Assembly (NCBI GenBank): GCA_050613775.1
Contig: JBODTK010000015.1
Coordinates: 434,001 to 498,000, forward strand
Reading direction: 5' to 3'
Length of the DNA stretch: 64,000 nt
Source of the DNA: Neocallimastix sp. 'constans'
Lineage: Eukaryota
Every line of letters begins with the position of its first letter. Positions within the stretch are counted from its first letter, which is position 1. Below, in pieces: positions 53,047-64,000 of this stretch. Under the pieces are notes generated by a model, which searched no databases, was not told where the DNA came from, and worked only from the letters and a program-made list of their open reading frames with translations. The position numbers were made by a program, and so were the translations under genes.

Positions 53047-56000
53047 TGTTCAAGGTTGTGAATTCAGAGAACACGAAAATATGGCACATATGGTGATTTG
53101 TATATATTTATATAATTTTATTTATTTATTTATTTTTATTTGTTATATAAAAAAATATATATTTTTTATTATTATAAAATCAACAACCAAATTAATAGTT
53201 TAATTTTAATTAAACTATAAAATAACTATATACAAAATAAAGTTATAGCTAATGAAGCTTTATGAGGCGTATTATATATGTTGTGTATAATGTTCTTATG
53301 ACATTCATAATACTTAACATTCCCCCTACATTTGCATTAACATATTTACAAAAAAAATTTTTTTTTTTTTTTTTATATTTATTAAATTTTTTTATTCGAA
53401 AATAAAATCTGTAAAATTTTTCATTTTTGGTACTGAAATATTTTTTGTTAATGAGTCTGCTACCATATTATTTGTTTCAACATATCTTAATGTTATTTTT
53501 CCTTCATTTATTTTTTCATTTAAGTATTTATTTGATATTCATATGTTTACATATATGTTTACATCTTGCATTAGAATTTTCATCTTTGGCGATGTATTTA
53601 CAAGATTTATTGTCAATATTTATTTTCAAAATAAAATTGTTTTTGAAAATTTCTCTCAATAATTTTTGTAGCCACATACCATGCTTAGTACATTCAGTTA
53701 GGCGAAATTCTGCTTTTGCTGTTGATAAAGTTACACATTTTTGTAGTTGTGATTTCCAAGAAATAGGACTATTTCCATTATGATATATATATCCTGTTGT
53801 TGATTTTCTTGTTTCTTCATCTTCAGCAAAATCTGCATCACTATAAACGGATATGTTTGTATCTCCTATATAATGAATTGATTTTTCTTTTGTTGAATTT
53901 AAGTATTGTAGAATCATATAAGCTGATTTTAAGTCTACTTTTTCTTTGATTTTCTGAATGTCTTGCTACTTGATTAATAGCAAAGGCTATATCCGGGCTT
54001 GTTTTAGTAGCTATAAATAATAATTCTCCAATAATTGATTTATAAATTGTTTTGTTAATTTCTGGAGATTTTCTCTTTCATCCTTAGGTATTTTCCTACT
54101 AGGATATTTGATTAGTTTTATTTTCTTCATGTTATATTTTTTAATTAATTTTTCTATATAGTCTATTTGATTAATTTTGTATCCTTGATCTGTTTTTAAA
54201 ATGTTTATTCAAATTATTTTATTTGCATTTGTATATTTCGAAATTTGATATTTATTATGAAGTTTGTTTGATACATATTTTATTTCTTCATTAGTACCTG
54301 TAAGTAAAATATCATCAATATATAGACTTAATACTAATGATAATTTATTATTTTTATATTTAGTAAATTTATCAGTATTAATTTGTTTATGTCCTATACT
54401 TATTAAGAATTTAGAAATTTCTTTATTCCATTCTCTACCAGCTTGTTTCAAACCATAGAGAGCTTTCTTTAATAACCAATATTTACCTTTGTTATAATTT
54501 TTATCTCCTTTTGGAATTATAATGTAAATTTTTTCTTTTAATTTAGCATTCAGGTAAGATGCTTTTATATCTAATTGTTTTAATTTCCAATTATATCTGG
54601 CAGCTATTGCAATTGTTATTCTAAGACTATCAGCTTGTACTGCTGGAGAGTATGTGTTATTATAATCTATGCCTTCTCTTTGTCTAAAACCTTTAGCTAC
54701 CCATCCTACCTTTTTCGTTCTATCATCTTTTGTTGTAAATATCCATCTTCCATCAATTAATATTGCATTGCGAGGAACATTATTAATTATTTCCATAACT
54801 CTTTGATTATACATGTTATTAAGCTCTTTGTTTATAGCTTGTTTCCATTGTTTTGATTCTTTAGAGTTAATTGCTCCTCATAATTTGATGGATTATTAAG
54901 TTTGATATTTAAAATTTTGTTTTTCTTTTTTGGATTTAAATTATTTTCTTTAATAACGTCATTATTATTTTTGTTATCATTATTGTTTTCATTAATAAAT
55001 TTTCTTTTATTATTAGTATTTGTTTCACTATTGTCATTATCTGATTTAATTTGATTATTATCATTGGTGTTAATATTATTATTATTTTTGTTATTATTTT
55101 CATTATTTTCAATAATGTTTTGTTTATTTGTAATATTATTTTTATTATTATTATCATTATTAATTATTGTTTCAGTATTATTGTTATTAATATCTGTAGT
55201 TTCTGAATTATTATTACTTGAATTATTTATATTAATATTCCTGGTATTAGAATTATTATTGTTTAAATTATTATTTAAATTTTGATTATTCATGAATTGT
55301 GAATTATTATTGTTTGAATTATTATTGGAATATTCCCCCTCAATTTGTTAATTATCAAAATCAAAAAGAGAATCAACATAATCGTTTGATAAGAAAGTAG
55401 TTTCGATAGAACCAGGAATATTTTCCATAAAGCATACATCTCTTGCAGATATGATAGAATTGGTAGATATATCGAGAATTTTATAACCTGTAGAATCAGA
55501 AGCATATCCAAGAAAAATATCAGGTTTAGTATTGTTTTCTAATTTATTTTTCTTGTGATTGTTATAAAAGTATACTCTACAATCAAAGACTTTAAATGAG
55601 ATATATCAACAGGCTTGTTGAAGAAAACTTCATCAAGAATAAGAGAGTTGTTACCTTGATGAGGATTTAGATTATAAAGACGACAAGCACATAAAATTGC
55701 TAAATCCTAAAAATTAATAGGAAGTTTAGCAGAAGATAAAAGAGTTTTAGCGCAATTATTCAAAGTTTGATTAATGCTTTCTGCACGACCATTTTGTTGA
55801 GGACAATTTGGAGAAGAATGAATATACTCAATACCATTATCTGCAAGATATTTGATGAGATTAGTATTATCATATTCCTTATCGTTATCAGTTTTAAGAG
55901 TTACGATATTATTGTTGGTAGTATTTTTCATTAATTTATGGAAATAAATAAATGCGTTGCAGACATCAGATTTATTATTTTTAATAAATAAATCCAGCAT

Positions 56001-58121
56001 TTTCTTGAGAAATCATCTAAGAATGCAACATAATAATTGAAACCATTGTATGACAAAATAAATTTTCCAACAACATTTGAATGTATTGAAGTGGGTGTGT
56101 TGATTTATTAATAGATGTGTAAAAAGGCTTTTTCTTCATTTTACTAATATGGCATTGAGGACAATCCTTTTTATTATGTAAGTTTATATGCTTTAAAACA
56201 AAATCTTGAATATTTTATTGTTGTTGAAATGTCCTAGTCTTGCATGCTATAAATCATAATCAAAGTTTATTACATTTGTATTATTGACTAAACTATAATT
56301 ATTTATACTTTGAGTATTTAAAGTGAATAGGAAGTCGTTATTTGCGTGAATTGTTGAAATTAATTTATTATTCTTATAAATTTGTAGACAATCTTTATTT
56401 TCGATATCGTCATAATCCATTATAAGAGTTTAACCTTTAACAACCAAATAATGTGTAGATAATAAATTATTTTTAATATTATCAGCATAATAAACATTTG
56501 ATAGTTTTAAAGAATCGTTGTCGAAGACTCCAATGTATTTTCCAACTTTTTTAATTTTTTCGGATTTACCATTGGGATACGTAATTGATTTATTTTTAAT
56601 ATTTTTAGTGTTTTTTAATTTCTTAATTTCATTGGTTAAATTGATAGGACATCCTGAATCAATTATCCATTCTGTATTGGCATTTTCTTTTGTGGTTTGC
56701 GTAATACTATTTACCATAATATTACCAGAGAATCCAACATTGGTATTTTCTTCTTTAGTATCAGTAGAATTTGATTCATTTTTAATATTATTGTTTTCTA
56801 TTATCGTTTTTTCTAGGATTATTTTTATTTTTCCTTTTAGTATTAAAGAAACATGTGTCAGTGGTGTGTCCATCTTTATGACATATGTAGCAATAATTTT
56901 CTTTGTTCTTAATTTCATGATTTTTATTATTTGATTTTTTAGTATCAGTTTTACTGACACATTTACTTATGAATTGGATTTTCTACTATTTTTTTCATTT
57001 CTTATATTTTTTAATAAATATTTCCATTTCTGTAATTGAATTTTTTAATTCACCAAAAGTTTTAAATTGAATAAAGTTTATTGGGTGAATACCTATTTTG
57101 ACAAGTTCATCAGCTGCAAACAAAATTTTAATTTCTTCATCTAACAATGACTTGTCGAATTCATTAGCTTCCCTTTTATGAGAATCAAAAAGTGTATTTA
57201 AATTATCTAGGTATAATTTACAATCATTATTTTCTATCATTAATGTTTTAATTTTATGTTCAATTTCATATAGCTTTGATGGATCTGACTGATCAAATCT
57301 ACCTTTCAGTTCTTCATTCATTTAGAAAGCTGTTCGACAGTCAATAAGAAATTTACTTGTTGGGTCATCTAAACTATTCTCAATATAGGTTGAGTTGCGT
57401 TATATCTTCATTTTGAGTTTCATCCATGTTCATAGGGTCTATTTTGACATTAATATATTGAATTAATTTTAATGCTGTTAAATGTCGTTTCAAAGCTCTA
57501 AATCATCTTGGAAAGTTTTCAGTAGTGAGTCCAAAATTAGTGTAATTAAGCACGGATCTTTTGGTCATGTCAATTATTACAGTGTTAGTAGTGTTATTGT
57601 TTTGCACTGTACTGACTTTAGGGGTAGAAGATGTACCTTTAATAGTAGTTTCATTTATTTCATTTCATCTTCAGTATTCTGTGATGATTGGGATACTTTT
57701 TTTAGATTTTACTCCCATCTTAAGAATTAAATGTTTTAACAATTTTTAATAAAATAATAATTTATTTTAAAATAAATAGATTTAATATTTCCTTAAGGAT
57801 TTATATATTCGAGTTGTCTCTTAGAGTCAAATGAGACTCTTAATCTGTTCAAGGTTGTGAATTCAGAGAACACGAAAATATAGCATACCTGGTGATTTGT
57901 ATATATTTATTATATAATTTTATTTATTTATTTATTTTTTATTTGTTATATAAAAAATACATATATTTTATTATTATAAAATCAACAACCAAATTAATAG
58001 TTTAATTTTAATTAAACTATAAAATAACTATATACAAAATAAAATTATAGCTAATGAAGCTTTATGAGACGTATTATATATGTTGTGCATAATGTTCTTA
58101 TGACATTCATAATACTTAACA
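53047..58121 (-). mobile_element. Full-length degenerate Ty1/copia element
   Basis: LTRs 53047-53319 and 57846-58121 (TG...CA, roughly ten differences); exact TSD GAAAT; PPT AGGGGGAA; WIIDSG, QQNGRAE, LYIDD and YSDADFA motifs. Confidence 0.97.
57831..57845 (-). promoter_or_regulatory. Primer-binding site complementary to the tRNA-Lys(CUU) anticodon arm
   Basis: Plus strand ATGAGACTCTTAATC directly abuts the LTR TG at 57846. Confidence 0.85.
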
Positions 58122-58961
58122 GAAATTAATTTAATACGACAATCACGTGTTTAAATTATTTAATATATAAGATTAATTTCAATAGGTTAATAATATTTAG
58201 TCAATTAGTTGGCCTAGACTATTTTCTAAATATTTTAATTAAGTTAATTTAATAATGTTTATTATATATTATTATTTATTAACATTGAAATTCAAATAAC
58301 TGAATTATTGAAGTTGAAATTGAATTAAATTGAAATTCAGTTATTAACTTAACACAAATTTATTAAAGTGTACTTTTGTTAATGTTTTATGTAAATGTAA
58401 CGAATTCTTAAATGATAAAGGATTAAATTATAAATCAATAAAACATTATATACATTGTATTATTGAAAATGAATAAATTATTAAACAAAATAAAATAAAT
58501 CATAATACCATCTAAACAATAACTATAAATTAAATAATAATAATAGTAAATATTTTAAATAAATAATATAAATAAATTAAATTGTTAAAATAATTAAAAT
58601 TATTAAATATTAAATATTTTATTTTAAAGAACAATGTAATTTTGATAATAAAAATTAAAAATGATATATTATAAAAAATCTTAATGTAAACTTAAGTTTA
58701 AAAATAATGATAATTGTTTAAAAATAATAATTAGATAGTTTTATTTTAAAATCTTTAATTTAAAAGAAAAATATATAAACTTGTTAAAAAATCTCAAACT
58801 TAAAGAAGAAGAATTAATAAATAAAAATAATTAATTTCTCAAAAAATATTAATTTAAAATTTTATTATTTTTTAACTTTAAGAAATTTGCTTTTCTTTAT
58901 AGTTTAAGATATTTTGTGTTTTAATAAAATTTTAATTTGTTGATTATAAAACATTTAATTT

Positions 58962-59433
58962 TGTTATACTAAATATTATTAACATATTGAAATTAATATA
59001 TATTAAATAATGATATAAAATATAATATTTAGCTATATTAGATTCTTATATTTTATTTATATTAAATATTTATATTATTATCTTATTTTATATTGTCAAT
59101 ATCAAACTTATATTAATACTAATACATATTCATATTCATATTTAATAATTAATATTTTAATAATTAATTATTTTATATAAATACAAGTTTAAATCTTTTG
59201 ATTAATCCTTTGTAGGATTATTGCAATTTAATTATAGTAATAATTATATAAAATATAATGTAATAAAATATTATTAAGATTAAGTAAAATTTATATTTTA
59301 AATAAAAACTTATTTATAAAATTTACTAATAACAATATGTTTTAAATAAGAGTAAATTTAAATTATTAATTAATTACTATAATTTGGCATCTTGACCTAA
59401 TAGTTAAGACCAAATTATCTCAAAACTTTAATA
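58962..59433. repeat. LTR-like repeat (family X), inverted copy
   Basis: Reverse complement of 50261-50665; no clear TSD. Confidence 0.7.
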
Positions 59434-60247
59434 TTATCACTCTTAGAAATTAAATTCTAAATTAAGATAATAAGCAAACAATAACAAAAATTTGTAAAAG
59501 GAAATTTTGGTATAGCTGTTAGAGCTATAGCCATAAATCGAACTACTCAAGTTTGATTCACACTTAAACCTACTTTTTAAATATTTTATTTTCATTGTTC
59601 TAGTTAATTCTTTCTGTATTTTCTTTAAGAATTTCATAGAAATTCTTAATAATCAAATTGAATTTTTTTTTATTTTATCCTTTCTTCCATTAGTTTCTAA
59701 TTTAACCGAAAAAATCAGTTTTAAACGATTTTTCTAAGATTCTAAAATTTTTGAAAATCATAGAAACTGTTTTTCCGTAAAAAGTATAAATATGAGTAAA
59801 ATTTTCACAAAAGAAATATTTTTAAAAAATTCGTGCTTTTATTAATTTATCAGTTAATAATAAGTAATTTGATATATTACAAAATTAATTAAATAATTAA
59901 TAAATAATTAATTTAATAAATTTTATTTTAATAAATTAATAAAATTTTTTATAAAACGTTTTTAGCTTATTATTAATTTTCGGTGTTGCCTATTGTTTTA
60001 TTTATAAGTGGACCACCACTTTTCAGTAAATTAGTTAATACGTTTATCTTATTTTATATTGGATAAATTTATGTCAAAAATCATTTTAATTATTTTGTGT
60101 AACTTGTATTTACGTAACAAATGTATTCATGTGATATACATTCTATATAAAACATCATGAATGTACTATCCATTTCTCTCTTTGTTAACCATAATACTTT
60201 CGTATTATTATATTAAATAAATAAATAACATAAAAAAAAAAAAAAAA

Positions 60248-61383
60248 CTCAAGGATTACTCTGATAATACTAGAAATTATGATGAAAACTTTGATTTTGA
60301 GGATGCTAAAGCATTAATATATCAGAGAAAGCAAAATAATAAAAATTTAATGAAAAATATAAATTTATTGGAGATTATTCCAAATAATAATAAATATACT
60401 CATGATTTTGATAATATATACAATAAATCTATTGATTTTATTAATCATAGTAACGTAATAACAGATGATGTTACATGGTTTTATGATACAGGTGACGGCG
60501 AACATGAAACAAATGATAAATCTTTACTCGTTAACTTTAAATATGAATCCATTAAGTTGTGTTGTGCAAATGGTTTAATTTGCCAATTTGAAGGATATGG
60601 AACTTATGAATGTTTTATAAATAAACAATATATTAAACTTGAAAAAGTTTTATTATCCAAACATGTTCATAAAAATCTTATTAGTATAGAACTTGCAAAA
60701 TCAGGATTTATTTCTTTAATTAATTCTTCTGATGGAGAAAAAGCAAGATTAAAATTATGGGATAAAAATAAAACTAATCTAGGTACTTTTCTATCATCTA
60801 AATATGATCAATTTCCTATCAAAACACAAAACTTCAACAGTAATAAAATAATAGGAAATGATATAATGCATATAGGTAAATTAGATGACAAAAGTATTGA
60901 AATATAACATAGAAGATTAGGCCATTTTATCAAAGTTATTTACCTAAATACCTAGAACTGCATAATATAAAAACTCCTCCATGCATAGATTGCAAAATTT
61001 CAAAGATGAGGAGGGGATCTTATAATGGGCAAACTCCAAAGGAAAAAGAACTTCTAGAAATAATTCATTCAGACATTTCTGGGCCATATAATCTATCTAT
61101 TAATAACAAGAAATAATTTCTCACAATAATGGACGAATTCTCTAGAAAAGTCTGAATATTTACTCTCAAGTCAAAAGCTGAAGCTCCAGATAAAATAATA
61201 GAATTCTTTACCTATCTAAATAATCAATTTAAGGATTATACAATAAAAATATTTAAATCCGATGGAGGAAAGGAATATAAAAATAAAAAGATAAATAAAT
61301 ATTGTAAAGAAAATGGTATTGAAAAGGTGTATTCTTCTCTTTATTTCCCAGAAATAAACGGAAAAGCTGAAAAAATTAATAAT
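60248..61383 (+). pseudogene. Copia protease and integrase fragment cut by a gypsy insertion
   Basis: WFYDTG; HRRLGH...CIDC; LEIIHSDISGP; KSDGGKEY; NGKAE followed directly by TGTAACGA. Confidence 0.92.
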
Positions 61384-64000
61384 TGTAACGATATCAACAT
61401 TGATAACTATTTAGTAGTTATCGTTTGAATAATAATATTTTTTAATATTATTATTATTTGAACTTATTATTATTATTTATTTATAAAAATATTTTATTTT
61501 TAATATTTTTATTAAGAATAAATTTTTAATAATCGTTACATTTTTATTAAGTACATTTTTCTCTCTTTTATATTTAATAATTAAAATAAAGTAATATTTG
61601 TTTGCAAAAATAAACTATTTAATATATTTAAGCATAATTCTTATATTTTAATTAAAAGTATTGAATATATATAAAAATAATTTAGTTAATTATACAAAAA
61701 AATAATAATTAAAACAATTATTGAATATATAGTAATAACTTAAAGAAATATTAAATATATTTCTTTTATAATAAATAATATAAAAGTTATTAATATAATA
61801 TTATAATTTAAAATAAAAATAAAAATAATTTAGAAAATTAACTATTTATAATTATAATAATTTTACTAAAAATATTTAATATTAATTTTTAATTTAATTT
61901 ATTTAATTATATTATTCAAATTAATTTAAGTAATTTTAGTAATTTAATTAATTTAATTAATTTTTAATAATTTATTATTATTAATATTTATAGTTTAATT
62001 TATTATTATTTATCAAGATCTCACCCCCTAAGATGGCTTCTTGAAAGCAGATGAATAAAAGAACCACAATAAATAATAATAAAATTTTGTTATATTATAC
62101 TATTGGAACTAAATATGGCTTAACGTTTTTAATATGAATATTTCTTTCTAATTGCTTATGTGTGTCCACAGTTTCTAGCACTAAAGTATTGAACTTCGAA
62201 GCTTTAAGTAGTCGAAAAGGACCAATAAAGAAGGGATCTAATTTTTTTCTTCCGATATATCTTACTAAAACTAGATCTCCTGGTTTGTATTCTTGTTGTG
62301 TACTGTTTGAGGCCTGTATACGTTGTAGCCAGTATGAATGAGCTTGTTGAATATTTGCAATAGCTTCTTGAACCCAAGCTTGATGTCGTATAAATCTTCT
62401 TGCGTTATACTCAATTTCTGATTCGTCTGGAGCTCTTACAATGTCTGGAATTACTACACTTAGTGGCCATAAGTCTTGCCTTCCATAAAGTAGTTCAAAA
62501 CTTGAGAATCCTGTAACGCTGGACTTAGAAGTTCGCAAGGCCCAGAGAACGGCTGGAAGATATTCATCCCATTTTGTTTGGTCCTTACAAAGATGTCGTA
62601 ATATTTTAACTTTTTCACGGTTACGGTTTTCAATTTGGCCATTGGCTTCCGGATGATGAGGAGCAACAAAACGAACCCAAGCACCATAAAGATCAATCAT
62701 AGCCTTAGTTACATCAGAAGAAAATTGAGATCCATTGTTCGTAATTATAACTTCTGGCACTCCATGTCTAGCAAAAATGTCTTTAAGGAAGTTTATAACA
62801 TCAGTACTTTTAATATGCTGTAATGGAGAGGCTTCTTCCCATTTTGTTGTGTAGTCCACTAAAACAATAAGGTATTGATTACCAGAGCGAGTAATTGGTA
62901 AAGGACCTACAATATCTAGTCCTACCCTAATAAAAGGTCTTTCTACAGGGGAAACATTATTAGATAAGTTCTTTGTAATTGGTTTGGGACGAAAATATTG
63001 GCATTCCAGGCAAGTTTTTACCACTTGATTCAAATCGTTCCACATTCCTGGCCAGTAAAATGATTCTTTGAGTCGAGCTAGTGTTTTTTCGACGCCTTCA
63101 TGCCCCACAAGATGTGCCTTTTGAATCAAAGAAAATTTCTTTTTATCATCCTCTATAACTTGAAGAAGTTTTCCTTGGTCATTCCTATAAACTAATTTAT
63201 TATCAATAAACGAGTAATTATTTTTTATGTAATCTGAAATAGGCTTAGGAGTATATTCCAAAGATGAAGAAAGAATAGCAGAAATAGAATTAATTTCAGG
63301 AAGGTTACTAGAAGGTAATCTGGACAAAGCATCTGCGAAAATATTGTTTTTACCTTTTTCATAAATTAATTCTACTTTGAATTCGTTAAAAAGGGAAATC
63401 CAACGGATATGGTGATCACTTATTGGAATGCTTTATTTAAAATAACCAATTAATGGTTTATGGTCGGTGAAAAGTTTAACAGTGAAAGGGGAAGCTGAGA
63501 TATAAGGCCTGAATTTCTTTAAAGCAAATATGATAGCACAGCCTTCCTTTTCAGTAACTGAATAGTGGCGTTCGGCTTCCTTGAGAGTGCGATTTACACA
63601 ATAAACCGGGTGTTCTGTATTAGAATTAGCTGGAACTTGAAGCAAAACGGCTCCAGTAGGGTAGGTGGAGGCATCTGTACGAAATTATAAAAGGATTTTT
63701 ACAATTTGAATAACTGAGTATAGGATTAAAGCATAAAGCGTTTTTCAATTTAAGATAGTTTTCATTGTGTTCTATAGTCCATATAAAAGACGATTTTGGA
63801 CTAGTTAACTTGTATAAGTTGTCAGAAAGGCTTGCAAAATTAGGTATAAACTTTCTATAATAGCCTACTAGACCTAAAAATGATCGTAATTGATTAACAT
63901 TAGCTGGAGGTTTCCATGATTTTATAGCTTGTATTTTATCTGGAACCGGTTTTAAACCTTCGCTAGTTAAGATGTGACCAAGAACTTCAACAGATTTGCT
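61384..64000 (-). mobile_element. Ty3/gypsy element 3' half (RT end, RNase H, integrase, PPT, 3' LTR); runs off the window
   Basis: RTDAS; YSVTEKEGCAIIFAL; FTDHKPL; ADALSR; PPT AGGGGGTGAGA at ~62019-62030; LTR end TGTAACGA at 61384. Confidence 0.93.
62095..63327 (-). pseudogene. Gypsy integrase (open frame, no chromodomain)
   Basis: HHCC zinc finger (HLVGH...CLEC); VGLDIVGP; second catalytic Asp appears as N (IITNNGSQF); GPF motif; upstream RNase H has an in-frame stop. Confidence 0.9.

Larger units (their letters stand above)
50666..58141 (-). mobile_element. Internally deleted LTR element (probably gypsy); 5' LTR interrupted by copia; right end approximate
   Basis: 3' LTR 50666-51160 with PPT AAGGAGGGAGATA; gag-like ORF 51879-52241; PBS TGGTGGAGA (tRNA-Ala-like 3' end) 2 nt from LTR edge 52449 (TGATAAAGTACGA). 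Confidence 0.7.

Noticed and set aside
55064..55285. Leu-rich plus-strand ORF and similar antisense ORFs (e.g. 46372-46731, 56518-56934)
   Set aside because: Antisense shadows of Asn/Lys-rich retrotransposon coding sequence

Overview
Extremely AT-rich eukaryotic DNA made almost entirely of nested, decaying transposons. The composition and element mix suggest an anaerobic gut fungus (Neocallimastigomycota); that assignment is an inference. Content: Ty1/copia elements (two complete with LTR pairs at 36363-48507 and 53047-58121, plus remnants), Ty3/gypsy and chromovirus fragments, many solo LTRs with exact target-site duplications (TSDs), Mutator (MULE)-type DNA elements, and one transposon-poor island (~26-31.5 kb) with a single orphan ORF. 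Main observations: (1) copia elements with unrelated LTRs share the primer-binding site (PBS) GATTAAGAGTCTCA, complementary to the anticodon arm of tRNA-Lys(CUU), implying priming by a cleaved 5' half-tRNA-Lys; (2) a gypsy family shows a Tf1-like self-priming signature plus a conserved hairpin in its LTR; (3) a multi-layer nest can be unwound base by base to restore the copia reading frame; (4) one gypsy has an exact TSD but mismatched LTRs; (5) the orphan ORF has a two-copy motif followed by about six out-of-frame copies. No intact rRNA, tRNA or CRISPR was found. All alignments were done by eye.
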